DNA of 64,000 nt from NCBI GenBank assembly GCA_905199605.1, contig CAJKHC010000009.1:35936-99935 (forward strand). Direction: 5' to 3'. The translations under genes and the position numbers were made by a program. Shown one piece after another: positions 1 to 9,629 of the stretch. The notes beneath the pieces were generated by a model. That model worked only from the letters and a program-made list of their open reading frames with translations. It had not been told where the DNA came from and ran no database searches. Numbering within the stretch: position 1 is the stretch's first letter; each line of letters starts with the position of its first letter. The DNA comes from an uncultured Collinsella sp. (lineage in GTDB: Bacteria; Actinomycetota; Coriobacteriia; Coriobacteriales; Coriobacteriaceae).

Positions 1-715
1 CCATCTGTTCCTCGAGCTGGTGGGCCAGGGCAAAAAAGCCGTCCTCGTCTTCCAGGCGAGCGAGGGCGAGTAGCACGGTGCCTGCAGCTCGGGTGGGATA
101 GCCTTCCGCCTTAAGAACGCGGCGGGCATAGTTGGCGGCAGCACGGTAACGAGCGCTCGCCATGCACAGCTGCGAGATGGCCTCGAGCGTGTGGAGCCAC
201 CCGATTAAAGCCGGCTCGCTTACGGTGAGGTCGGCAGCTGTCACGCCGTCTGCCAGCACTCTGTTGGCCCAGTAGTGCGGGGCCTCCATGTCAAACCCGG
301 GCACGCTTTGCTGCAAGTAATCGGCCGTGGTCGCCTCGAGCTTCATCAAGTCGCCTAGACAGGCGTCGACGGGCGTGTCCGCCAAAATGATGGCGAGCAG
401 CTGGGCATCGAGGACATGCGCATCGATGCGGACGATCTTGAGCAGCTCATCGCGCATGTCATCGAACAGGCGGTTGCGCGTCTGCTCAAACTCCTCGTCG
501 CTTCCCATGTCCTCGATGCGATGAAGCTCGTCGAGCAGGTGGCGGTGAACGCCGGCATAGGACAGCAGCGCCTGGGCGTGCTCGGTCTGCGCATACTTGT
601 GAGGGTTGACGCTCACGTCGTTATGGACAAGCTCGCGTGCTGCATCGGTGAGTTCGGGGTGCGACGCAACATAGGCGCGCTCCAGGTAGGCGGGGATGTA
701 GACGCTCGGATCCAT
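1..715 (-). CDS. Hypothetical TPR-like helical protein, partial (runs off window)
   Basis: ATG at 715 overlaps the upstream TAA (TAATG); frame MDPSVYIPAYLERAY... is open to base 1; the ARYRAAANYARRVL...LLALARLED segment resembles the neighbouring gene. Confidence 0.75.
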   Translation of the reverse strand, partial: MDPSVYIPAYLERAYVASHPELTDAARELVHNDVSVNPHKYAQTEHAQALLSYAGVHRHLLDELHRIEDMGSDEEFEQTRNRLFDDMRDELLKIVRIDAHVLDAQLLAIILADTPVDACLGDLMKLEATTADYLQQSVPGFDMEAPHYWANRVLADGVTAADLTVSEPALIGWLHTLEAISQLCMASARYRAAANYARRVLKAEGYPTRAAGTVLLALARLEDEDGFFALAHQLEEQM

Positions 716-1791
716 TAGAGGTCTCCTCCCTTAAACGGCAAGCCCTGCTCGGCCGCCCGCAGGATTCGTTCGTCGATCTGGGAACGCACGATATCGCTGG
801 TGGCGACCCAGGCGGCAAAGCTGGCGTTGTCGGGGGCGCCCAGGCCCTCCTGCAGCACCGGCGTCGCCTCGGACAGCGCAAGGACAAGCTCGTCGGTGGA
901 GCCCACACCCACGTTGACGCGGGCATAGACGCCATCGGGAAACTCGGTTTGGAAGTAGAGTGCCTCGGCTGCGTGCGGACACGAGCGTGCAAGGATGCGC
1001 AGGTAGTGCTCGGCACCCTCGTAGTCCAGCTCGCGCCAGGTAGCGCTCATCAGCGCGATGAGCGTCCACGGGTCCAAGTCACGCTCCGCATCCTTGGGAC
1101 GACGGCGTAGCGGCGTGTTGGCGAGATAGGGTACGGAGTGGGCAGAGCGAAAGCGCTTGAGCTCCTCGGCAGGGTATTCGAGCTTTGCCATGGCGAGCAT
1201 CGCGGTGTGGCGGACGCCAGCCGGATCGTTGGGGGCAAAGTCGAGGCTGCAGTTTGCAGCTTCGAGCGACATGCGATAGCGGCCGCTAATGAGGGCGCGT
1301 GACGCAAGGGCGGCAAGCCAGCGCAGGTAGGGACGGCGCATAAGGTCGCCTGCGGCCTCGCGCTCGTAGGGGTCCTGCGCCGAAGCGATCTTGAGTGCCA
1401 GGTCGTGCTCGACTTCATCGCGCTTGGATACCAAGTACTGTACGTACTCCTCGTTGGAGTTGGCGGTGAGGGCGCACAGCATGCGCTGGGCATCCCAGTT
1501 GCTCGGATCGAGCGCGGCTGCCTCGCGGAGCATGTTCTCGGCTGCGGCCTCTTCTTGCTCTGCCTGGGTATCGTCAGGGATAAAGGGAATGCGGTAGTCG
1601 ACAGCCTCGACCACCTTGGCAATGAGGTGACCAGCACGGTCGCGGTCGTGCACGATGAGTGACGCAGGGTTACGGGTGAATTGTTCCATCAGGCGCTCTA
1701 CGGCGGCACCGTCGGTGAGTGGGATATTGTCGCGGCGCAAGGCCTCAAGAACGAGGCGATGGCAATCCTCTTGAATGGGGTCGAATGCCAT
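715..1791 (-). CDS. Hypothetical TPR-like protein
   Basis: ORF with AAAGGAGG RBS before MAFDPIQ; RPYLRWL...GRYR...APNDPAGVR TPR-like motif. Confidence 0.75.
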   Translation of the reverse strand: MAFDPIQEDCHRLVLEALRRDNIPLTDGAAVERLMEQFTRNPASLIVHDRDRAGHLIAKVVEAVDYRIPFIPDDTQAEQEEAAAENMLREAAALDPSNWDAQRMLCALTANSNEEYVQYLVSKRDEVEHDLALKIASAQDPYEREAAGDLMRRPYLRWLAALASRALISGRYRMSLEAANCSLDFAPNDPAGVRHTAMLAMAKLEYPAEELKRFRSAHSVPYLANTPLRRRPKDAERDLDPWTLIALMSATWRELDYEGAEHYLRILARSCPHAAEALYFQTEFPDGVYARVNVGVGSTDELVLALSEATPVLQEGLGAPDNASFAAWVATSDIVRSQIDERILRAAEQGLPFKGGDL

Positions 1792-2299
1792 GGGGCCTCC
1801 TTTGCTGCGGTTAGGGTTCAAATGTCTCTATATAAGGTTCTAGTTTACCCGCATGTGGCACACCGGGGGTGCCGCACTTGGACTTGCACCTTTGCACCAC
1901 GAAGACGGATGTCGCACAAATGTCGGCACCTTGGACGGCCGAGCGGTATCACGGTGCCGCAAACGGTCGATTTTTGGCGGCGAACGGGGCGCATTTTGGA
2001 GGGGCACAGTCCAACCCGGGATATGTGGTCAACCTTGATAAAACGTTTGCCCAGCTTGGGAGTATGAATGCCCCACAAGGGCTTTCAGGGATAGAAAAAA
2101 CGTTTCATCATTGTCGGCTTTAGGTGAATAACTGACCAACCAGAACGGTAAAATAGTGTTTGTCTGAGCGTTGAGACGTTTAGACGTTTAGACATCGCGC
2201 ATTGTCATCGCCGGCAACGCGCAAAACGGTCCTAACGGAGCCAATCGGGTGCTCCGTTATATACGCAAGTCTAAGAGGGGCTTGTTTAGGAGGCACAGT

Positions 2300-3523
2300 A
2301 TGGGACGTTTTACCAATCCTCGCGATCTGTACTTTGGTGAGGGCGCTCGCCACGAGGTGAAGAACCTCAAGGGCAAGAAGGCCATCATCGTTTCTGGCGG
2401 CAGCTCTATGCGCCGCGGTGGGTTCCTGCAGGACGTTGAGGCCGACCTTAAGGAAGGCGGCTTCGAGGTCAAGCTGTTCGAGGGCGTCGAGTCCGACCCG
2501 TCCATCGAGACGGTCATGAAGGGCGCCGAGGCCATGCGCGAGTTCGAGCCCGACTGGATTATCGCCATCGGCGGCGGCTCGCCCATCGATGCCGCTAAGG
2601 CCATGTGGGTCTTCTACGAGTATCCCGAGGAGTCCTTCGATAACATCATCCAGCCGTTCAGCTTCCCCGAGCTGCGTCAGAAGGCTCACTTCTGCGCCAT
2701 CTCCTCTACCTCCGGTACCGCTACCGAGGTCACTGCCTTCTCCGTCATCACCGACTACGCCAAGGGCATCAAGTACCCGCTGGCCGACTTCAACATCACC
2801 CCTGATGTCGCCATCGTCGACCCCGAGCTTACCTACACCATGCCCGCCAAGCTGTGCGCTCATACCGGCATGGACGCTCTGACCCACTGCATGGAGGCCT
2901 ACGTTTCCACCTGCGCTTCCATGTTCACCGACGCCAACGCTCTGCACGGCATCCGCGAGATCGTCGAGTGGCTGCCCAAGTCCTATGCTGGCGACCATGA
3001 GGCCCGTCAGCACATGCACGAGGCTCAGTGCATCGCCGGTATCGCCTTCTCCTCGGGCCTGCTCGGCATCGTTCACTCCATGGCTCACAAGACCGGTGCA
3101 GCTTTTGAGAACGGCCACATCATCCACGGTGCTGCTAACGCCATGTACCTGGGCAAGGTCATCCAGTGGAACTCCAAGGACCCGCGCGCTGCCGAGCGTT
3201 ACGCTTACGTGGCCAAGGAGATCCTGCACCTTCCCGGCGAGACCAACGAGGAGCTCATCGCTGCGCTCGTCCAGAAGATTCGCGACCTCAACGACCAGCT
3301 CAACATTCCGCAGTCCATCAAGGATTACGCGAATGGTGGCGTGAAGGTCGACGCCGAGAACCCGCAGATGGTTTCCGAGGAGGAGTTCCTCGCGAAGCTC
3401 CCCGAGATCGCCGCGAACGCCGAGCAGGACGCCTGCACGCCCGAGAACCCGCGTGAGACCAAGGCTGCCGACTTCGAGAAGATTCTCAAGGCCTGCTACT
3501 ACGACACCGACATCGATTTCTAA
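2300..3523 (+). CDS. Iron-containing alcohol dehydrogenase (NADPH-dependent butanol dehydrogenase-like)
   Basis: AGGAGG RBS; GGGSPIDAAK, SSTSGTATEVT, GMDALTH, GIVHSMAH and HG motifs of the Fe-ADH family. Confidence 0.92.
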   Translation: MGRFTNPRDLYFGEGARHEVKNLKGKKAIIVSGGSSMRRGGFLQDVEADLKEGGFEVKLFEGVESDPSIETVMKGAEAMREFEPDWIIAIGGGSPIDAAKAMWVFYEYPEESFDNIIQPFSFPELRQKAHFCAISSTSGTATEVTAFSVITDYAKGIKYPLADFNITPDVAIVDPELTYTMPAKLCAHTGMDALTHCMEAYVSTCASMFTDANALHGIREIVEWLPKSYAGDHEARQHMHEAQCIAGIAFSSGLLGIVHSMAHKTGAAFENGHIIHGAANAMYLGKVIQWNSKDPRAAERYAYVAKEILHLPGETNEELIAALVQKIRDLNDQLNIPQSIKDYANGGVKVDAENPQMVSEEEFLAKLPEIAANAEQDACTPENPRETKAADFEKILKACYYDTDIDF

Positions 3524-3544
3524 TCGACTCTTGTTATCGTAACG

Positions 3545-3590
3545 AGGGGCTCCGCACGTATCTGTACGGAGCCCCTTTCTTTTTTATTTT
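3545..3590 (+). terminator. Intrinsic terminator
   Basis: GGGGCTCCG...CGGAGCCCC stem followed by a T-rich tract. Confidence 0.85.
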
Positions 3591-3606
3591 AGAGAATGGG
3601 ATAGTT

Positions 3607-4707
3607 ATGGCTGCAATTTTCAATAGCCCCAGCAAGTACATCCAGGGCCCGGACGAGCTGGCCAAGCTCGGTTCCTATGTCGAGCCGCTCGGCGCTAAGG
3701 CCCTCGTCATCGTGACGCCTTCGGGCAAGAAGCGCGTCGGTGCTAAGATCGAGGGCGGTTTTGCTGAGGCTAAGGCCGAGCTGCTGTTTGAGGACTTTAA
3801 CGGCGAGTGCTCCAAGGGCGAGGTCGATCGCCTGGTTGCGCTCGCTCGCGACAACGGTTGCGACATCATCGTCGGCGTCGGTGGCGGCAAGATCCTCGAC
3901 ACCGCGAAGGCCGTTGCCTACTACCTGGAGTCCCCGGTTATCATTTGCCCCACCATCGCTTCGACCGATGCCCCGTGTTCGGCGCTTTCGGTGCTCTATA
4001 CCGATGACGGCCAGTTCGACAAGTACCTCTTCCTTAAGGCAAACCCCAATATTGTCCTGATGGATACGACGGTTATCGCGGCGAGCCCGGTGCGCCTGAC
4101 GGTTTCCGGTATGGGCGATGCGCTCGCAACCTACTTTGAGGCCCAGGCGACGCATGATGCCGACGGCGGCACCTGCGCCGGCGGCAAGGGCGGAATGGCT
4201 GGCCTGGCGCTCGCCAAGCTCTGCTACGAGACGCTTATGGCCGATGGCGTCAAGGCCAAGGTCGCGCTGGAGAAGGGTGCGCTCACGCCTGTCGTCGAGC
4301 ATATCATCGAGGCCAATACGCTGCTTTCGGGCATTGGCTTTGAGAGCTCGGGCCTTGCTGCTGCTCATGCCATCCACAATGGTCTGACGATGCTGCCCGA
4401 GTGCCACGGCATGTATCACGGCGAGAAGGTCGCCTTCGGCACCATCGTTCAGCTGGTACTCGAAGATGCCCCGACCGAGAAGCTCGAGGAAGTCTTGGGC
4501 TTCTGCATTGAGCTGGGCCTGCCGGTCACGATGAAGGAACTTGGCGTTGCCGAGCTTACGCGCGAGCAGGCCATGATTGTTGCCGAGGCCGCCTGCGCGC
4601 CCGATGACACCATGTGCAACATGCCGTTTGAGGTGACGCCCGAGATGGTCGCAAACGCCATCCTGGGTGCCGACGCGCTGGGCCACTACTATCTCATGGA
4701 TGAGTAA
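3607..4707 (+). CDS. gldA: Glycerol dehydrogenase
   Basis: SPSKYIQG start, GGGKILDTAKA, PTIASTDAPCSALSV, GDALATYFEA, SGLAAAHAIHNG, HGEKVAFG. Confidence 0.92.
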   Translation: MAAIFNSPSKYIQGPDELAKLGSYVEPLGAKALVIVTPSGKKRVGAKIEGGFAEAKAELLFEDFNGECSKGEVDRLVALARDNGCDIIVGVGGGKILDTAKAVAYYLESPVIICPTIASTDAPCSALSVLYTDDGQFDKYLFLKANPNIVLMDTTVIAASPVRLTVSGMGDALATYFEAQATHDADGGTCAGGKGGMAGLALAKLCYETLMADGVKAKVALEKGALTPVVEHIIEANTLLSGIGFESSGLAAAHAIHNGLTMLPECHGMYHGEKVAFGTIVQLVLEDAPTEKLEEVLGFCIELGLPVTMKELGVAELTREQAMIVAEAACAPDDTMCNMPFEVTPEMVANAILGADALGHYYLMDE

Positions 4708-4718
4708 ATCAAGCTAAG

Positions 4719-4755
4719 GAAGGGGCAAAGCCAGCAGATGGCTTTGCCCCTTTTT
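4719..4755 (+). terminator. Intrinsic terminator
   Basis: AAGGGGCAAAGCC-loop-GGCTTTGCCCCTTTTT. Confidence 0.85.
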
Positions 4756-4759
4756 GCTA

Positions 4760-4824
4760 TGGTGCAAACTACCCTGACCCCTTCGCACCAAGTTGGTGCA
4801 AGGGGGTCAGGTTGCTTTGCACCA
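4760..4824. repeat. Nested REP-like palindrome
   Basis: TGGTGCAAA..CCTGACCCC..GCACCAA/TTGGTGC..GGGGTCAGG..TTTGCACCA, about 65 bp imperfect inverted repeat. Confidence 0.7.
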
Positions 4825-4854
4825 ATCGTTGTTTGATGAAGGGCGGATTCTCGT

Positions 4855-5922
4855 ATGGCGCTTCCTATGGTTTATGGCGGTCCCGGCCGGTATGTTCAGG
4901 GGTCGGGCGAACTTTCGCGTCAGGGCAGGTATTTGTCATGGTTGGGCTGCGCTGCCTATGTCTTGTTTGACCAGGGCACCGAGGATCGGCTGTGCAGACA
5001 GATCGTCGATGGATTTCTGGATGAAGATCTAAGCGAGCCGTTCTTTAAGATTTATGACGGTCCGTGTACGGAAGAGGCCGTTGTCGAAATGGCTAAGGAA
5101 GCCCAGGCAGAGTATTGCGACATGGTGGTGGGTATTGGCGGTGGAAAGATGCTCGATATCGCCAAGGCCGTTGCGTTTTATGCCGAGTTGCCGTTGTGCG
5201 TATGCCCCACGGCGGCTTCGATGGACGGTCCGTGCAGCGCGATTTCGGTGCTGTATCACGAGGACGGGTCGTTCGACCGCTACCTGATGCTCGAGAAGAA
5301 TCCAGACCTGGTCGTGGTCGATACCAACGTGGTCGCGGCGGCCCCACTGCGTATGACGGTCGCTGGCATGGGCGACGCGCTGGCAACGTACTTCGAGGCG
5401 CGTTCGTGCGCCGCGGTGCGCGGCACCAACGAGCACGGTGGCGCGCCGGGGCACTTGGCTCTGGTCGCGGCACGTGCCTGCTATGACACACTCATGGAGT
5501 GCGGCGTCGCTGCCAAGCGCGATCTCAAAAAGGGCCGTACATCGCCGGCAGTTGAGCGCCTGATCGAGTGCAATATTCTGCTCTCGGGCGTCGGCTTTGA
5601 GAGTGGCGGTTTGGCGTTGGCGCATGCCATCGCCAACGGCCTGACGATTTTGCCCGAGTGCAAGGCTATGCACGGCGAGGCCGTAGCGTTTGGTCTGGTG
5701 GTCCAGCTTCGTCTGGAGCGTGCGCCCGAGCTTGAACAGGTGCTCGAGTTTTGTCAGCGCGTTGGTCTGCCGACGACGCTCGAGGAGCTGGGCCTTGGCG
5801 AGATTTCCGATGCCGACCTGATGAGCGTTGCGGATGCGGCCTTTAGAAACGAACGCAATATGGCCAACGAGCAGGCCAAGGTGACCAAGCAAAAGCTCGT
5901 CGAGCTCATGCGCGAGGCATAG
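4855..5922 (+). CDS. Glycerol dehydrogenase-like protein (second paralogue)
   Basis: PGRYVQG, GGGKMLDIAKA, GDALATYFEA, GGLALAHAIANG, HGEAVAFG. Confidence 0.88.
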   Translation: MALPMVYGGPGRYVQGSGELSRQGRYLSWLGCAAYVLFDQGTEDRLCRQIVDGFLDEDLSEPFFKIYDGPCTEEAVVEMAKEAQAEYCDMVVGIGGGKMLDIAKAVAFYAELPLCVCPTAASMDGPCSAISVLYHEDGSFDRYLMLEKNPDLVVVDTNVVAAAPLRMTVAGMGDALATYFEARSCAAVRGTNEHGGAPGHLALVAARACYDTLMECGVAAKRDLKKGRTSPAVERLIECNILLSGVGFESGGLALAHAIANGLTILPECKAMHGEAVAFGLVVQLRLERAPELEQVLEFCQRVGLPTTLEELGLGEISDADLMSVADAAFRNERNMANEQAKVTKQKLVELMREA

Positions 5923-6073
5923 TTTGGCGCTTGATCGACCTTGTGCAATCGGGGCGGCGATAGGCCATAGGCTATTTGCCGCAAAGGTGCTCCGCGTGTA
6001 ATTTGCCCGAGGCACGGGCCGATAGCGTATCATTATCTCTTGCTTGTTTGCACTGCTCAGGGAGGGGCCGCGC

Positions 6074-7327
6074 ATGGCGCAGGAACACGATCTATTTGAT
6101 GACATTATCGAGATCAGCAAGGGTTTCGACTTTCTTAAAAACCCGCTTGGCGGCGTGACCGATGCGCTCGATCCGTCGGCGCCGCAGTGGAATCCTGCCG
6201 ACTACAAGGAGCGTCCGCGTGGCAACACCATTCCGTGTCTGACCTGCAAAAACGAAAAGAGCGGCTGCACCGCGTGCATGGACGTGTGCCCGGTCAACGC
6301 CATCGAGGTCGAGGAAGACGCCATCGAGATCCTCGACTCCTGTCGCAAGTGCGGCCTGTGCGCCGCTGCCTGTCCGACCGAGGCGATCATCTCGCCGCGC
6401 TTGGCGCCCAAAAACCTGTATGACGACATCGTCTCTGCTGCTACGAGCCACGAGACCGCCTACGTCACCTGCACGCGCGCCCTTAAGCGCATGCCGCGCG
6501 AAAACGAGGTCGTCGTCGCCTGCGTGGGCGATATTACGGCCGAGACCTGGTTCTCGGTGCTGGCGGACTATCCCAACGTGAGCGTGTACCTGCCGTTGGG
6601 CGTGTGCGATAAGTGCCGCAACACCGGTGGCGAGGATATTCTGGGCGAGGCCATCGCCACCGCCGAGGAGTGGGCCGGTACGGGCATGGGCCTGGAGGTC
6701 GACCCCAAGAGCCTCAAATGTCATAAGCGCCGCGAGTACGAGCGCAAGGAGTACATGGAAAAGATCGCCCGCACCACGGGCCTTACCGTGACAAAGCTCA
6801 ATCCGGCAACGGCGGCACTGGCCTCGGTGACGCAGAAGCTCAAAGCCCATCGCCATCAGATTACCCAGTTGGAGCGTACGCTCAACACCATGTGCGGCAC
6901 CACGACGACCAAGCGTCGCCGTTCGCTCACGCACGGGCGGCAGCTGGTGCTCTCGACGCTGCAAAACCACCCCGAGCTTGCCCAGAACATGCAGGTGAGC
7001 ACGCCTGAGTGTGATTTTGACAAGTGCACGTCGTGTGGCGAGTGTGTCAATGTATGTCCCACGTTCGCCTGCGATTTGGTGGGAAGCGGCCGCTTTGCGT
7101 TGGAGTCCACGTATTGTTTGGGCTGCGGTGCCTGCGTCAAGGTGTGCCCCGAGCATGCGCTCAAGTTAGTTAAGCATGACGCGTCCAATCTGGTCGTCGT
7201 CGATCCCGAAGCCGAGGAAAAGGCCGCCCAGAAGGCCAAGGCCCACGAAGAAGCCCAGAAGGTCAAGGCCGAGGCAAAGGCCAAGCTTGACAAGATGCTC
7301 GACCAGGTGGAAAAGCTCGCGGACTAG
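6074..7327 (+). CDS. 4Fe-4S dicluster binding protein
   Basis: Four CxxCxxCxxxCP-type motifs in N- and C-terminal pairs; GGAGG RBS. Confidence 0.85.
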   Translation: MAQEHDLFDDIIEISKGFDFLKNPLGGVTDALDPSAPQWNPADYKERPRGNTIPCLTCKNEKSGCTACMDVCPVNAIEVEEDAIEILDSCRKCGLCAAACPTEAIISPRLAPKNLYDDIVSAATSHETAYVTCTRALKRMPRENEVVVACVGDITAETWFSVLADYPNVSVYLPLGVCDKCRNTGGEDILGEAIATAEEWAGTGMGLEVDPKSLKCHKRREYERKEYMEKIARTTGLTVTKLNPATAALASVTQKLKAHRHQITQLERTLNTMCGTTTTKRRRSLTHGRQLVLSTLQNHPELAQNMQVSTPECDFDKCTSCGECVNVCPTFACDLVGSGRFALESTYCLGCGACVKVCPEHALKLVKHDASNLVVVDPEAEEKAAQKAKAHEEAQKVKAEAKAKLDKMLDQVEKLAD

Positions 7328-7441
7328 TCAGCGACCTCTATCTCTGCTTCATTCGTGCCGCCGTGGCGTCCGGGTTCGCCCAGATGCTGCGGCGGCGCTA
7401 TACTTATGCAGTTTGAAATGCTTGTACCAAAAGGAGCTGTC

Positions 7442-8518
7442 GTGTCCCTTTCCATCGGTATCGTGGGCCTGCCCAACGTAGGCAAGTCGACTCTGTTCAC
7501 CGCGCTTACCAAAAAGACCGGCCTTGCCGCCAACTACCCGTTCGCCACGATCGACCCCAACGTGGGTATCGTCGATGTGCCCGATAGCCGTCTGCAAAAG
7601 CTCGCCGACATCGTCAACCCGGGTCGCATTGTGCCGGCGACGGTCGAGTTCGTCGACATCGCAGGTCTGGTGAAGGGCGCCAACGAGGGCGAGGGCTTGG
7701 GCAACCAGTTCCTGGCCAACATTCGCGAGACCGACGCCATCTGCGAGGTCGTGCGCTACTTTAAGGACCCCAACGTCATGCGTGAGGTGGGTCGCACGGG
7801 CGAGTTCGTCGATCCCGCCGGTGACGCCGACACCATCATGACCGAGCTCATCCTGGCCGACATGGGCACGCTCGAGAAGCAGCTGCCCAAGCTCGAGAAG
7901 GAGGCCAAGCGCGACAAGGGGCTCATGCCCAAGTTCGAGGTCGCCAAGCGTCTGCTTGCCTGGCTCAACGAGGGCAAGCGCGCCGCATCCATGGAGATGA
8001 CCGACGAGGAGCGCGCCGCCGCCAAGGGCCTGTTCCTGCTCACTATGAAGCCCATCCTGTATGTGGCCAACGTAGACGAGGACATGCTCAACGAGGACCT
8101 GGCGCCCATCGATGGCGTCAAGCCGCTGCCGATCTGCGCCAAGATCGAGGCCGAGCTTTCCGAGCTCGATCCCGAGGATGCGGCCGACTACCTGGAGAGC
8201 TTGGGCCTGGAGCAGCCCGGTCTGGACGTGCTCGCGCAGGCGGCTTACAAGCTGCTCGGCCTGCAGTCGTTCTTTACGGCCGGCGAGATGGAGGTCAAGG
8301 CCTGGACGGTTCGTCAGGGCGCGACCGCCCCGCAGGCCGCCGGCGTTATCCACACCGACTTTGAGCGCGGCTTTATTAAGGCCGAGGTCATTGGCTATGA
8401 CGACTACATCGAGCTCGGCGGTGAGCAGGGCGCCAAGGCCGCCGGCAAGCTGCGTATTGAGGGCAAGGACTATGTCATGGCCGATGGCGACGTCGTGCAC
8501 TTCCGCTTTAACGTGTAA
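7442..8518 (+). CDS. ychF: Redox-regulated ribosome-binding ATPase YchF
   Basis: [49 protein letters not shown]-terminal FRFNV; GTG start after AAGGAG. Confidence 0.97.
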   Translation: MSLSIGIVGLPNVGKSTLFTALTKKTGLAANYPFATIDPNVGIVDVPDSRLQKLADIVNPGRIVPATVEFVDIAGLVKGANEGEGLGNQFLANIRETDAICEVVRYFKDPNVMREVGRTGEFVDPAGDADTIMTELILADMGTLEKQLPKLEKEAKRDKGLMPKFEVAKRLLAWLNEGKRAASMEMTDEERAAAKGLFLLTMKPILYVANVDEDMLNEDLAPIDGVKPLPICAKIEAELSELDPEDAADYLESLGLEQPGLDVLAQAAYKLLGLQSFFTAGEMEVKAWTVRQGATAPQAAGVIHTDFERGFIKAEVIGYDDYIELGGEQGAKAAGKLRIEGKDYVMADGDVVHFRFNV

Positions 8519-8529
8519 GGACGACGCGC

Positions 8530-8913
8530 ATGTTTAAATATGGTAAAAAAGCCGGCTACATGGGTATTGCGCTGCTCGTACTTGCGGTGATTCCGCTGGT
8601 GGTCGCAGCGTGTGTTATCCCCAACATTGGTCCCGAGGTGGCAACAAAGTTTAATGCCGCCGGCGAGGTGACGCGCTGGGGCAAGAGTTACGAGTTGCTG
8701 GCACTGCCGGTGCTCAACCTGCTGCTGAGCGTGGCGACGTACTTTACGGCAGGACGCCAGGCTAAAAACAATGATGACTCCGCCGCCATGGCGCGCATCG
8801 TGTGCGAGCGCTACCTGCGTAACGGTTGCATCACGGGTGTGTTCCTCAACGTAATCAACGTCTACTTTATGTACTCGGCTATTACCGGAACAGGCTTTGG
8901 CTTTGGTTTCTAG
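8530..8913 (+). CDS. DUF1648-type small membrane protein
   Basis: Three hydrophobic segments; P-x-V-x-T-x-FNAAGEVTRWGKS motif. Confidence 0.7.
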   Translation: MFKYGKKAGYMGIALLVLAVIPLVVAACVIPNIGPEVATKFNAAGEVTRWGKSYELLALPVLNLLLSVATYFTAGRQAKNNDDSAAMARIVCERYLRNGCITGVFLNVINVYFMYSAITGTGFGFGF

Positions 8914-8922
8914 CTTGTCCTT

Positions 8923-9312
8923 TTAGGCAACGAGCCTGCACGCATATTCAATGGCTGCTGCGAGGCCGCCGCTCGATCGTGGTTTAAAGACCATATCGGC
9001 GGCGGCCTCGTTTTCGTATCCGGAGCCGCGGAGGGCGAGTGCGATACCGGCTTCTAAAAGGAGCGGCAGGCCGCGTTGGCTGGTTGCGATTACGGCAGCC
9101 TGATTGAGCGAGCAGCTGTGCGCTTGGCATTGGATGGCAAGTTCGCCTTGCGCCGGGCAAGGGACCAGAACGGCGGCGACGCGACTTGATAGCAATGCAA
9201 ATGCTGTGCGCTCATCGGGCGAAAGGCATTCGGCTTCAACGACGACGAGCTTGGGCGGTGCGCTGTTTGTGCGAAGCATGGCTCGGTACATGCGGACCGA
9301 AGAACCCGACAT
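8923..9312 (-). CDS. Hypothetical protein, degenerate HAD/KdsC-like fold possible
   Basis: AGGAG RBS; C-terminal AADMVF....GGLAAAIEY resembles HAD C-termini, but catalytic Asp motifs are absent. Confidence 0.5.
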   Translation of the reverse strand: MSGSSVRMYRAMLRTNSAPPKLVVVEAECLSPDERTAFALLSSRVAAVLVPCPAQGELAIQCQAHSCSLNQAAVIATSQRGLPLLLEAGIALALRGSGYENEAAADMVFKPRSSGGLAAAIEYACRLVA

Positions 9313-9335
9313 AGAAAACTCCTGTGTATTCGTTT

Positions 9336-9359
9336 AAACGTAAACTATAGTTTACGTTT
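9336..9359. promoter_or_regulatory. Perfect 24-bp palindromic operator candidate
   Basis: AAACGTAAACTATAGTTTACGTTT between divergent genes. Confidence 0.7.
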
Positions 9360-9388
9360 TTGTTCAGCTCCATTTCAAACTCGGCTGC

Positions 9389-9607
9389 ATGGACGAACGT
9401 GCGAAACAGATTCTTGGCAAGCGAGTCGAGCAGACGCGCAGGGACCTTGGTATCTCCAAGGTCGATTTTTGTGTGGCGACAGGAATCAGCCGACCCTACC
9501 TCGACCGAATCGAAGATGGGACGGCAAATTTCACGCTCAAGGTTCTATTTAAGATCGCGCCCGCACTCGGCATGACGGTATCAGAGCTTCTCGAGGGCAT
9601 CGAATAG
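9389..9607 (+). CDS. XRE-family HTH regulator (controller-protein-like)
   Basis: 72 aa; GISRPYLDRIEDGTANFTLKVLFKIAPALG HTH_3 pattern. Confidence 0.85.
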   Translation: MDERAKQILGKRVEQTRRDLGISKVDFCVATGISRPYLDRIEDGTANFTLKVLFKIAPALGMTVSELLEGIE

Positions 9608-9629
9608 GGGATACCCGTCGACAACTGAA

